From NCBI RefSeq assembly GCF_009914755.1, contig NC_060947.1: a DNA stretch of 64,000 nucleotides, one strand, 5' to 3'. Source of the DNA: the human T2T-CHM13v2.0 reference genome, Homo sapiens. Positions 13,901 to 27,890 of this stretch are shown piece by piece. Numbering within the stretch: position 1 is the first letter of the stretch; every line of letters starts with the position of its first letter. Position numbers and translations under genes: made by a program. The notes under the pieces were generated by a model. It ran no database searches, was not told the DNA's origin, and was given only the letters and a program-made list of their open reading frames with translations.

Positions 13901-15091
13901 TGTGCACACTAGCCTCTATTCCAGTAGAGGCAGGATAGTGAAATATCAGTTAAGAGACTTGTAAGCATAGCCAAGAAAAATTTAGACTTTCTGTTATAAA
14001 ATAATGAATCCTGTCAGATCTCTCTTCATTCAAGATACAATTACGAAAAAACGTCTACATAAAGTTTTTTAGTTTTCATATTGATTTTATAACTCCAATT
14101 TAGTCATTATATTTATTTTGTTTCATACAGTGAATGCCTAATTAAATGTACACATGTGTTTACTACTTCACTGCCTGCCATTTGTTTTACGTAGGAAAAC
14201 ATCTTTTGGTTATTTTTGTTGTCCTTATTTATTTGTTTTATATGTACATCCTTTAGTGTGTATGCAAACAAGAACTCCTCAGTTGTAAACCCTCTAACTT
14301 AGTCTGAAATGATATTTTAATCCTACTTCTGAATATAGATTAACATTTCTTTATTGTCTAAAGATGTTATTCCAATGTATTCTAGCTTATAATGTTCAAT
14401 AATTTTCTTCAATATAATTTTTATTGTTTTGAAATTAACATATTTTGCTCCATGGTTGCTTTTAAGATACTCTTATTTTATTTAGGAAGTTCTAAAGTTT
14501 TACACAATGGTATCTATAGGTGTGTATTTCTTAGGACTTGTTCTTATTGAATCTATACGTTCATGTTTTTCTTCAATTCTGGATAATTCTTAGCTATTAC
14601 CAGTTGAAATATTTCCTTCCCCCCATTTTCTTAATTCTTTCTGTTTGTAACTTCTATTAAAAATAAGTTGGTTTAGCCAAAATATCACAGATTTCAATGG
14701 CCAATGTTTTATTTGTTATTTTCTAGCTATGACACATTTTATTGCTTTCTCTTTGCTCTAATAGTTATTTATGTTTCTACTTGTTCATGTGTCAAATAAC
14801 ATTTGGAAGGGTATTCTGTAGCTCAAAATTGTTGGGTAAGCTTTTGTGATGATTCTGGAAATCCTCTGACTCCCTATTCCAGATAAATTCTCTACAAATG
14901 TGTTATATGCTTGCTTTGTCTTGGACTAAAGGATATAAGTGAAAACATTCTATTTTGTGATATTTCTGTCTATTTCCCATATTTTCTGAAGTTTTGCTTT
15001 ACAAATAGCTGAAGCTATATTAACTAATAAATATTAACTCATAAAAATTTGCATACTAAAAATAATGTTAGAACTTAGTTTTATATTCCCT

Positions 15092-15553
15092 TATTGTGGG
15101 TTGAATGGTGGCCCCCCGAAAGACATATCCATGTCCTAACCAGCAGATCCTGTGAATATGACCTTATTTGGAAAAAGGCTCTTTGCAGATGTAATTAAGG
15201 ACCTCTAGATGAGATCATCCTGAATTATCCTGGCGTGCCCTAAATCCAACGACAAGGGTCCTTATCAGAGACCCACATAGGAGAGACACACAGTGAGAGG
15301 AAGAAAAAGCTATGTGAAAATGGAGAGAGAGATTGTAGTTATGCAGCCACTAGTCAAGGGATCCCTGAAGCCACCAAAAGTTGGAAAAGGCAAAGAAGTA
15401 CTCTTTCCTAGAGCCTTCGGAGGGAGCATGGCCCTAATGACACTTTGATTTTGGACTTCTGACTTCTAGAACTATGAGAGAATAAATTTCTGGGATTTTT
15501 TAAACCACCTAGTTTGTGGTAATTTATTATGGCAGCCTAGGGAAACTGATACA
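15092..15553 (+). mobile_element. MLT1B/C LTR within an old L1M
   Basis: tgtgaatatgaccttatttggaaaaagg...gaactatgagagaataaatttc...ggaaactgataca. Confidence 0.85.
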
Positions 15554-15694
15554 TCTCTACATATCTTTACATATTTTTCTTATTTCCCATATCTTTATGT
15601 CTTCATGTGAAATTCAGACCTATTTTCTATTGCACTGACACTTTCTTTAACTCTGTCTGAACTTTAGTTTATTCTTTCACTTCCAGATCTTCTA

Positions 15695-15746
15695 TTAGGT
15701 TGGTGCAAAAGTAATTGTGTGTGTGTTTTTTGCCATTATTTTCAAT
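15695..15746. mobile_element. Partial MADE1 (Hsmar1 MITE)
   Basis: ttaggttggtgcaaaagtaattg...tttttgccatta; only one arm is present. Confidence 0.75.
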
Positions 15747-15774
15747 ATCTATTTCTTATTAAAAGAATATCATA

Positions 15775-16395
15775 TTCTTTTTTCTTTTTCTTTTTAAGTT
15801 TATTTATATTGACAAATAAATACTGTATATCTGGTGTACAGCATGATATTTTGATATATGTATAAGTTGTAGAATGGTTAAATCAAGCTAATAAACATAT
15901 GCATTACCTCACATACTTATTTTTTTGTGGTGAGAACACTTAAAATCTACTCTCTTAGCAATTTTCAAGAATATAAAACCTTTTTATTAACTATAATCCA
16001 TGTACTACCATGTGATACAATGGATCTCTTGAACTTATTCCTCCTATTTAACTAAACTTTTGTAACTTTTGAACAACATCTGCACAATATCCTCCCTCCC
16101 AAGTCTCTGGTAACCACCATTCTACTCTCTGCTTCCACAAGTTCCTCTTTTTTAGATTCCACATATGAGTGAGATCATGTGGCATTTGTCTTTCTGTGCT
16201 TGGCTTATTTCACTTAACATAATGTCTTCCAAGTTCGTCCATGTTATAACAAATGACAGGATTTCCTTCCCCTTTTTAAGGCTAAATAGTGTTCTATTGT
16301 GTATACATACCACATTTTTTTTATCCATTCATTTGTTGATGGACACTTAGGTTAATTCTCTACCTTGGGTATTGTGAATAATATTGCAACAAAAA
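15775..16395 (-). mobile_element. L1MA-type 3' end
   Basis: gtggtgagaacacttaaaatctactctcttagcaattttc; ttagattccacatatgagtgagatcatg. Confidence 0.85.
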
Positions 16396-17171
16396 TATTC
16401 ATTACTTATCTTTTTGATTTACATAATTATGTCTTAAAATATTCAAGTATATGTATTTAAATGTGGCTATTTGCTTGTTCTATTATCTAGAGTTTTCCAG
16501 TGTTTAGCATTTCTTTTGTGGGTGTGTCTGCCAAATTTTGCTCATAATATATCATTTTCCCATGTGCTTTTTAATTTGGTGTGCTGAGTTCATCAAGGCT
16601 TTATCTGTGGAAATAGCATGTGTCCTTTGTTGAGGATAAGTAGCTGAAAATAATGTTGAAGATAGTGGCTGAAATAATAAGTAGCTTAAGGATAAGAAAC
16701 ATGTCTCCCTAGGTTATTATAGCAGGGGAATTTCCAGGTTATTTAGTTCTCTATATTGCCAATGAAATTGACATTTTATTTTTATCCTTCATTGATTAAC
16801 ACTTTTATTTTCTTACTATGTTCTCTCAGTGGAAGTTACTTATTATTGTATCAAATATCTCTATATTATAGACAATTATATTAAAATTCCTATGCTTTGT
16901 TATTCTGAATATCAGAGAAATTAGGTATGACTTATCTAGTACATGAAGTATTGCAAAGATTTACAGTTTTCACTCACCACCTTTTGTGCTTGCCCTTCTT
17001 CTGAGATGGCAAAGTGAATAACTGTTCATTGCTTGGAGACTACCTAACGTGAGCCTATTACATTATATCTTGTGATATTTTCAGTCCATTCTATTTTGGA
17101 TACTGTCATTTAACAGTTAGGTAACTACTCATTTTTATCAGTTCACTCTTGCTTCTAAATAAAAATGAGTG

Positions 17172-17508
<337 letters not shown>

Positions 17509-17957
17509 TTATATAAAATATAAGAATACCTGGCAGCTGTTTACGACAATTCCAGGTCTATCTGTCCAGATATCCAAATGATACACAAGTTTTATTAATG
17601 CCATAAAATCAGTATAATAAACTTATACCAACATATGAAAATGAAAAAAATCTAGCATTTTAATCTCAATATGATATTTTTTGCCTACAGCATATATGAA
17701 AGCAAAATCTTTGCAGGCATTAAAAGATTTTGTCAAAATAGCTTGAATAAATTATAAATTACAGCAAAGTCCGAGCACACCAAAATTTCAAATAAAATAT
17801 CTCATGAGGTTTAGATTTTTAAATGTTATTAAAAATTATTTCACTATATAGTGGCTTTATAAAATTAAAAAACTTAAACATACCATTTTGTTATGAATTT
17901 CTTCATAGTAACTTGTTGAAAGTGATACAAAACTTACTTATCAGGTTATTCTGAAAA

Positions 17958-19129
17958 TCAACTCAAGGCCCCGGGGATTATCACAGAAGAAGTGGGCATT
18001 GTAAGAAGAGTTGAGATTGTAAGGGCCCATTTTGAGAATGAAAAAAGTTCAGTTTCTCTATAAATTCACTGCTAATGTCAAAGGCACACTGATGCAAGAT
18101 CAGCATATGGGCCCCTGTGTCACATTAACAATGTTTTCTTGAAGCATTAAACAACTCCTTAATGTCTTACCTATTTTTTTTATTTTTATTATTTTCTAAA
18201 GCTTGGATTGAATTCTAATTTTTCCTGGTTACAAGTTTCCAAAATAATGTAATGTTTTCAATGTTTTTCTTCTTTCTTCTCCTTTCCCCCACATTTTTCC
18301 TAATTTGAAAGCACTGAAAACTAAGCTGTGCTTTCTTTAAGCCCTATGAACTGAAGCTAGACAACTTAAACTTCAGAAGAAAATAACAGCTACCTATTTA
18401 CATACATAAGCCACTTTCATACCTGCCTACTGATGCATTATGGACTTCAGAGTAATGTGGCCTATATTGATTTTCCAGGATTGTTCCTTTGTTTGTTGTT
18501 GTTGTTCTCCCTTCCTCCCCCTATTTTCTCTTTGTAGAACATGAGACTTCAGAAACTGCTAAAAATCAGCTTTCCTAATAACTCAGGTCCTACCCATCTG
18601 GGAATAAACCATCCTAGCCATGAGAGATCAGAAGAAGCCTGAGACCAAATACTCATTTTCCTCTAAAATGCTTTCTCCAAAAGATTTTTAAAAGAAAAGG
18701 GGGGAAATGTGAAAGGAAAATAAATCGTGGGGCCCCCAAATCACTAAACTAAAGGGAAAAATCAAACTGGGAACTGCTTAGAACAAACCTGCCTCCCATT
18801 CTATTCAAAGCTATCCCTCTGCTCGCTGAGATAAATGCATATCTGATTGCCTCCTTTGGAAAGGCTAATCAGAAACTCAGAAGAATACAACCGTTTGTCT
18901 CTCACCTACCTGTGACCTGAAAGCCCCTTCCCTGCTTCCAAGTGTCCCACCTTTACCGATGGAATCAATGTACGTCTTACATACATTGATTGATGTCTGT
19001 TTCCCTAAAATATATGAAACCAAGCTGTGCCCTGATCACCTTGGGCACATGTCTCAGGCCTTCCTAAGGCTGTGTCACAGGCACACATACTCAACCTTGG
19101 CAAAATAAACTTTCTAAATTAAAAAAAAA
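17958..19129 (+). mobile_element. MER4-group ERV1 internal fragment plus MER4A-like 3' LTR ending in poly(A)
   Basis: Polypurine tract aaaagaaaaggggggaaa, LTR start tgtgaaaggaaaataaa at 18708, AATAAA 19104-19109, then an A tract in place of U5. Confidence 0.8.
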
Positions 19130-19399
19130 GAAAATTCCTAGGACCAAGTCCTGTGTTGGGCATAAACTAAATTAAAAACAAAAACAAAAGTTTCCATAAG
19201 ATGCAATTATTATTGGTTGTGTTTCTTTATAAAGTCCTGATTAATATTTGCATTTTATTCTGTTAGGCCTCTCCCTCTTAATATCAATGTGGGTCTTCAA
19301 CATTTTGAAGTTGAATTTGTTTTTAATAATCTTTTTCTCCAATTATGGCTTCTGACCCAAATAAAATTATTGAATGTCAGAATGTTACAATATAAGTTA

Positions 19400-19815
<416 letters not shown>

Positions 19816-21149
19816 TCAGTTTATTTTTTTCAAGTCTAAAATTTCGAGCTCTTTGCAAAGTAATGCATAAACTATGAATTTCTTAACTTGTTTTGTTTTT
19901 CACACATTCTCTGTATTCATTTTCCTTTGGCCATTACAGTAGTCTCTATTACCTGACTTGCTCATAATATTTTTTAAACTAAACTAGTGTAGTAATTTTA
20001 AGTTGTTTTCCTGAATGATATAGCTTGTTGAGGTAATTGTGGAAGCTTTGCTTAGCAAGAAGTAATCAAGTTTAAGATGTTAGTTAACATTGGAGTGTGT
20101 AGTAATCAGAAAGAAATATATGGCAGTTGAACCTAAAGGGGAATGGGTCCTGGATACACATCATGGTGAATTTAGTTGTTTAAATATTTGAGGTCAATGC
20201 TCACAATCAAAGCTTTCCTTAATGACCTCGTGGCAGGAGTCTGCATTTGGGAAATGGAATTCTTGATCCAAAAAGTTTTACTATTTTCAGTCATTATATG
20301 AAAAGATGAGTAGGTTAATGGGTACTTACCCCTTTTACCCTTTAAAGATTTCTGTTCTGAGGGAGCTTATAATCTCATTGGGAGTAAAATCTATGTTTTG
20401 TGTTTAATGTTCCTCACTGCAGTTAACTCCCTGATGTGTACAAAATAGCTTCAATGTGCTGAGTGCTTAGTGTGGCCATACGAAAAATAATCTCTACAAT
20501 ACAATAAGCCTGTAAGTATTATTCTCTTTTTCAGATAAGAAACCTGAGGCGCAGAGAGCTTAAATGATTTATATCACCTATATTGTAAGAGACATTCAAT
20601 CATACTTGCAAACTTGAATTTATAACACTTAATCTTGACTTACCAAGAAAAACATGTTATATGCATTTATATAATGCGTATATTATCACACATACGCAAA
20701 TGAAAACACAAATGCATTCTGTAGCATATGAACAAACATGAGCTAATCTTTGCATGTACTCCTCACCTACCCCTTATGCCACATTTATAAAGAACAATTT
20801 TTCCTTCCCTAAGTTTTCTATACCTTCTTGTGCTTTTATGTTTTTGCAAATGCTGCTTGCTTGGTGTGTTATGTCCAGCCCCCACTTTGTCTGCCTATGT
20901 CTTCTTGTTTAAACTACAGCTTAAACATCACTTCCTTTAAGAAAGCTTCCCTGGCATTTTCTCATTTCTCCTCACACTATAGTCTTTTTGAAGGCTATTA
21001 TGTATTTTATTTGTCTTTGATTTTTAACCTTAAGGGTGATGACCAGTACATAGTATGTGTTCAATAAATGTCAGATCCTCCTCTGTTTATTTCAGAGGAA
21101 TCTGCATATAATTATGTTTAAAAGTTAATGGCTATTCTATAAACCTACC

Positions 21150-21860
21150 AGCATGGCAGAAATGAAAAAAAAAGACATACAATACCACCTGTTGGTATGA
21201 ACATAGAAAATAAAGATGTCTCTCATTGACTGTTGGTTGGAATGTAAATCTATTCAACTTACTTTGGAAAACTGATGGGCAGTACCAGTTAAATTCAAAC
21301 ATATGCTTACCTGTGGGTCAGAAATTCCATTTCCATGTGTAAACCCAACAGAAATATGTGCACTTGCTCATTAAATGATATATATTTAAATGTTCAAAGA
21401 AGCATTATTACATTAGCTCAAAACTGGAAATTATCAAAATGCCCATTATTACATTAGCTCAAAACTGGAAATTATCAACATACCAATAAATAGCAGAAAG
21501 AATAAATATATCATAATATATTCATCCAGTCAGATGCTACCAACAAAATAGAGTTACTGATATTCAACCACACTCAACAATTTTAGATCAAACTCAAACA
21601 ATAAAGGTTGAGGAAAAGAAGTCTAACACAAAGTACATCGTATATGATTCCATTTTTACCAAAACAAACTAATTCACACTATTAGAAGTCAGGAGACGAA
21701 TTACTCAAAGTGTAGGGGAAAAGCACTAGGAAGGCTTCTGACTTTCTAGTGATGTTCTGTTTCCTGATCTGGGTGCTGACAATGTAGGAGTATGACAGTA
21801 GTGAAATTCATTTATCTATATTCTTATGTTCCTTTTATTGTCAATGTATTATACTTAATA
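21150..21860 (+). mobile_element. L1ME-type 3' fragment
   Basis: tgttggttggaatgtaaat...actttggaaaac; tgttctgtttcctgatctgggtgctg. Confidence 0.7.
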
Positions 21861-21925
21861 TTATAGAGTTCTCTCTTGTTTTCCATTCAACTTATCTAGC
21901 TTCTTAGTTTTCCTATGAGTACCTT

Positions 21926-22411
21926 ACCAAGAATGGTCAAGAGTCTGAGATTTTTATCCTACTTCAAGCTAACAAATTAGCTTTAAAAAGTCTTATATCA
22001 GTATTCAGTCCCCCCATCTCAGTTTTGGCATTTTGGTATAGATGATGGCAGAAAACACAAGACTCCTAGGTCATAATCAAAGGACTTTATTACCAATGGC
22101 AATAACAGTAGCCAATCATTTGTGTTGGTTCCCTGAGCCTAGCTTCCCACAGAGTGATGTGAAAAGGGCTAGGTGAAGCATACACAAAAAGTGGGTTGCA
22201 TTAGTATGAAAGGAGTCCTGAGCTTAGGAAGCCCAAACGTTTTATTCTGGGTAGTAAGCCTGCGTGCCTTTTGCTCCAGAAACATTTCTGTCTTCCAAGG
22301 ATGTTTGCTGTACAAACATCCTTGAAAAGATGATTTAGAACAAATCAGTCAGAGACTGTGCTTTCAAGTTATACAGAAGCAAAAAAGACAAAGGGGGAAT
22401 TGCCTCTCAGC
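21926..22411 (-). mobile_element. LTR40-like ERVL LTR
   Basis: tctgagatttttatcctacttcaagctaacaa...aaggactttattac...cctgagcttaggaagcc...aaacatccttgaaaagat. Confidence 0.65.
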
Positions 22412-22603
22412 CCTCTGTTTCCTTTGCTTGTCTTTAAATGTCAATTTTCCTCAGCATCCCCTCCACTGACACTTTATTTTAATATATAACATATTTTCTT
22501 GGGTAATGCCATCACTCTTTTAGTCCAAAAGTCTTATATCGGTATTCAGTCCCCCCCATCTGATTTTTGGCATTTATGTTACCTGTACTCAAAAATTTAG
22601 CTG

Positions 22604-24007
22604 TTTTTTTTTTTTTTAACTTTAGGAAGTTCTAGGATACTTGTGCTGAACATGCAGGTTTGTTACATAGGTATACATGTGCCATGGTGGTTTGCTGCAC
22701 CTATCAATGCATCATCTAGGTTTTGAACCCCTGTATGCATTAGGTATTTGTCCTAATGCTCTCCCTGCCCTTTTCCCCCACCCCCACCCCCCGACAGACC
22801 TCAGTGTGTGATGTTCCCCTTCTGTTGCGGGAAGTCAGAGACCCTGAATGGAGAGACTGGCTGAAGCCATGGTAGAAGAACATAAATTGTGAAGATTTCG
22901 TGGACATTTATTAGTTCCCCAAATTAATACTTTTATAATTTCTTACACCTGTCTTTACTGCAGTCTCTGAACATAAATTGTGAAGACTTCATGGACATTT
23001 ATCACTTCCCCAATCAATACTCTTATAATTTCCTATGCCTGTCTTCACTTTAATCTCTTAATCCCGTCATCTTTGTAAGCTGAGGATGGACATTGCCTCA
23101 GGATCCTGTGATGATTGTGTTATCTGCACAAATTGTTTGTAGAGCATGTGTGTTTGAACAATATGAAATCTGGGCATCCGAAAGGAATAGGATGGCTGCA
23201 ATTTTCAGGGAACAAGGCAGATAACCACTGGGCCTGACTGCCTGCGGGGCCGGACAGAACAGAGTCATATTTCTCTTCTTACAAAAGCAAATAGGAGAAA
23301 TATCACTGAATTCTTTTTCTCAGCAAGGAACAGCCTTGAGAAAGAGAATGCATTCCCAGGGGGAGGTCTCTAAAATGGCCACCCTGGGAGTGTCTATCTT
23401 ATACTGTTGTGGATAAGGGATGAAATAAGCCCTGGTCTCCTGTAGTGCCCCCAAGCTTATTAGGATTAGGAAATTCCTGCCTAGTAAATTTTAGTCAGAC
23501 CGGTTGTCTGCTCTCAAATCCTGTCTCCTGATAAGATGTTATCAATGAAAATGCGTGCCCAGTGGGACACGAAACTTCATCAGCAATTCTAATTTCTCCC
23601 TGGTCCTGTGATCTCGCCCTGCCCCCATTGGCCTTGTGATATTTTATTGCCCTTGAAGCATGTGATCTCTGTGACCCACACCCTATTCGTACACCCCTCC
23701 CCTTTTGAAATCCATAATACAAACTTGCTGGTTTTGTGCCTCAGGGGGCGTCACGGAACCTGCCGACATGTGATGTTTCCCCCGGACACCCAGCTTTAAA
23801 ATTTCTCTCTTTTGTACTCTTTCCCTTTATTACTCAGGCCAGCCAACACTTAGGGAAAATAGAAAAGAACCTACTTTGAGATACTGGAGGCTAGTTCCCC
23901 TGATACCCTTCCTGTGTCCATGTGTTCTCATTGTTCAACTCCCACTTATGAGTGAGAACATGTGGTGTTTGGTTTTCTGTTCCTGTGTTAGTTTGCTGAA
24001 GAGGATG
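22604..24007 (-). mobile_element. L1PA7/8-like 3' end, split by a MER11 LTR
   Basis: L1 3' UTR from 22604 to 22822, resuming at 23906 (cccttcctgtgtccatgtgttctc). Confidence 0.9.
22823..23905 (+). mobile_element. MER11 (HERV-K11/HML-8) solo LTR
   Basis: tgttgcgggaagtcag start, internal aacataaattgtgaaga duplication, perfect 6-bp TSD CCCTTC (22817-22822 and 23906-23911). Confidence 0.92.
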
Positions 24008-24216
24008 TCCTTGGTGCATCATGATAAACTAACCCTACAAAATTCCATTTTCACTGACTCAGGTGGGGTGCTCTACTTCTTTGTTTCCTCTCCCTCCCTC
24101 CCCAACACCAAACATACAGACATATGCATACACTAAAGAATAAACATTGAGCATGTTTAGAAAGTCAGATGTTTTTATTGCAGGTTCACAGCCTCTGGTT
24201 AAAAAAGCATGGGCCA

Positions 24217-24331
24217 GTAGGGTGTGGTGGCTCACGCCTGTAATCCCAGCACTTTGAGAGGCTTGGGGGTACGGATCACGAGGTCAGGAGTTGGAGACCA
24301 GCCTGGCCAATATGGTGAAACCTTGTCTCCA

Positions 24332-24385
<54 letters not shown>

Positions 24386-24540
24386 GGCGTGGTGGCATGT
24401 GCCTGTAGTCCCAGCTACTCAGGAGTCTGGGGCAGAAGAACCGCTTGAACCTGGGAGGCGGAGGTTGCAGTGAGCCAAGATCATACCACTGCATTCCAGC
24501 CTGGGCAACAGAGTGAGATTCCATCTTAAAAAAAAAAAAA
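24217..24540 (+). mobile_element. AluS with an A46 middle linker
   Basis: Alu dimer; A run 24334-24379; TSD gcatgggcca. Confidence 0.95.
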
Positions 24541-25190
24541 TGCATGGGCCACCCTGGAATCTGAAATGTTGGATTATTTCAGTTCACTTGTTGAACCAAT
24601 AGAAAGAAATTGGAAGTTTATTAGATTATTGTTTCCTTTCTCCTGCTGGCAAGATCAGATAGGAGTGATTGTCATGATCACATTTTTGGGGGTGGAGAAG
24701 GAAAGGTAGAGGCCGTAGGGACATTAGCAAACCCCAGCAATCCCTTTACAGGGTAGAAGAGATATTTTCCACCTTTCTTCCTTTAATGATAGATGTGATA
24801 TGAGGAAAAAACAACCATAAAACTTCAAGCTTGGAAGCATCTACATTTTTCTTTTTTTTGCTGAAGAAATGTTGTTATTACAAGTAGGAAGAGGGAAAGG
24901 TTGATTCTCACCCCCCTCTGCCTTGGTCTATTATTAATTCACCTCTGATTTTTATCTGGAAAATTCATACTTTTTAGGCATGGAAAGGATAGGATGAGAT
25001 GAATGCCATCCAGCTGTTCACAAATAATTAGGAGGCTGGGCAATGATGGCTAGAGGTTGAATGTTCAATTCCCCATCTAAACCCCACTAGTTGCTGAGGT
25101 TGTCTGGGCAAGGATGATGGAGGTGATGGAGTTGAGGTGAGATATTAAGCTCTGGAGCATAGAATTTTCTCTAACTTGAAGGCATCTTCA

Positions 25191-25503
<313 letters not shown>

Positions 25504-26324
25504 TCATCAGGGCCAGAGTAGCAGAACAATTTAGAGCTGATACAAGAGTGTAAAGGTTTGCAAAATGGAGAAGGTTAATCTGAGTAATGTTGAGATGAAA
25601 TAAGAACAGAGACTGATATGAGGAACAAAGACCAGCATAAAAGGATGCTTCTCTGTAAGAAATGTTGCCTTGAATTGAGTCTTTAAGAAAGTAATAAAAT
25701 TCCTAAACCATGTAGCTTTTGATATGGAAGAGATTCAGATATTAAACCTCACACAAATAAATATATCATCCTGAATTTTGGTAACACCATGAAGGACATG
25801 TACAGAAAGGATAGGGTGAGCCCAATTTATATTAGAGAGACATCTGGGAAGGACCCTATGAAGAAGTGATATTTAACTTGAGACCTGGAAGAAAATTAGC
25901 CAGATGAATGGCTAAAGCCTGCAATGGGAAAACAGTTTTTTCAGAAAAGGGATTTTCAGAGCATATGGTAAAAGACAGGAAGGTTGACATAAGTAGAAGA
26001 AATAGAGAATTTAGGACTATGTTTAAGACTTTAAATTTTCTTCCAAGTGCAATTGGAAATGATTGAAAAGTTTAGTGAAAAAATGAGACAATGTGATTTT
26101 AATTTTTAAAATATCACTTTGACTATTAAGTGAAGAATGGATCAAAATTAAAAGTAGGAGTAAAAAATAATTTTTAGAACATATAAAGGTTCTCTAATGT
26201 TATTAATAGTGAATAATAGGGAAGGAAAAACACTGTAATTCAGAATTGTCAAGTTATCACACTATAAAGGGAGGAGACCTGAATGAGAGAAAACTATGTT
26301 TTGAAAAATAACAATGTGCTCTTC

Positions 26325-26341
26325 TTTTTATTTATTTATTA

Positions 26342-26374
<33 letters not shown>

Positions 26375-27166
26375 CTTTAAGTTTTAGGGTACATGTGCAC
26401 AACGTGCAGGTTAGTTACATATGTATACATGTGCCATGTTGGTGTGCTGCACCCATTAACTTGTCATTTAGCATTAGGTATATCTCCTAATGCTATCCCT
26501 CCCTCCTCCCCCGACCCCACAACAGTCCCCGGTGTGTGATGTTCCCCTTCCTGTGTCCATGTGCTCTCATTGTTCAATTCCCACCTATGAGTGAGAACAT
26601 GCGGTGTTTGGTTTTTTGTCTTCGTGATAGTTTGCTGAGAATGATGATTTCCAGCTTCATCCATGTCCCTACAAAGGACATGAACTCATCATTTTTTATG
26701 GCTGCATAGTATTCCATGGTGTATATGTGCCACATTTTCTTAATCCAGTCTATCATTGTTGGATATTTGGGTTGGTTCCAAGCCTTTGCTATTGTGAATA
26801 ATGCCGCAATAAACATACGTGTGCATGTGTCTTTATAGCAGCATGATTTATAATCCTTTGGGTATATACCCAATAATGGGATGGCTGGGTCAAATGGTAT
26901 TTCTAGTTCTAGATCCCTGAGGAATCACCACACTGACTTCCACAATGGTTGAACTAGTTTACAGTCCCACCAACAGTGAAACTGGATCCCTTTCTTACAC
27001 GTTATACAAAAATTAATTCAAGATGGATTAAAGACTTACATGTTAGACCTAAAACCACAAAAGCCCTGGAAGAAAACCTAGGCAATACCATTCAGGACAT
27101 AGGCATGGGCAAGGACTTCATGTCTAAAACACCAAAAGCAATGGCAACAAAAGCCAAAATTGACAA
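26325..27166 (-). mobile_element. L1PA3/4-like insertion with 5' inversion
   Basis: Antisense 3' end to ~26978, then a sense ORF2 piece (KLDPFLT...KIDK) to 27166; TSD gtgctcttcttttta / gtggtcttcttttta. Confidence 0.92.
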
Positions 27167-27890
27167 GTGGTCTTCTTTTTAAATCAACCATGCAAATACC
27201 AGAGATGTGTAGAAAAGTCTTGTTCAAGTTCTGTTTTTCCTACTGAAACATTGAGGACATTTAGAAAGTCAGATTTTTTTATTGCAGGTAACACACTCAA
27301 CATACTAAAACTTTATAGCTTATCAAAGAACTAAATTCTAGGGTCTCCCCTTTACAAAACTGTGGCAGGGTTCACCTGGATAAAGAGAGAAGAAGGAAGT
27401 TAATGTTTTAACTTACAGTTCTTTGTGTTTACTTAATGACTCATGCATGTGCACATGAATAAAAGAGTTTCAAGATGCGATTACCCTGTGCCCAATTTTC
27501 TGTTAAGTTTCACAGGTTAGTGAAAGAGCATGTCTGAAAGGATAAAAAAGGATAAATGTGCTTAACTCTGTTTCCTTGTCATATACTTTTTTGAAGTCCC
27601 AGTAATTATATTTCCCTCCACACAATACAAAATCACAAGTAGCACTGAGTGAAAGAAGAAAATATTAAGACTAAGGATCTGGAATTTGAATAGACAATCT
27701 TAGAGAGAGAGTCAGCTTATATAAATCACCATGAGAAGATTCAAGAAAACTAGAGCAAAAGAGATGAGCAAAACTTCCCTCACTGATCATCTGCCTTAAG
27801 AGATTCTTCATGGAATGATGTGGAATAAAAACAATAGACACAACTAAAAAACATCAAACTTAAAGGAGGCAATTTGATATACTTCAAGAG

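Noticed and set aside
15695-15746. Possible miR-548-type hairpin from MADE1
   Set aside because: Only one arm is present, so no hairpin can form.
26464-27182. L1 ORF2-like peptides
   Set aside because: Fragments of a truncated, inverted L1; not a functional ORF2.
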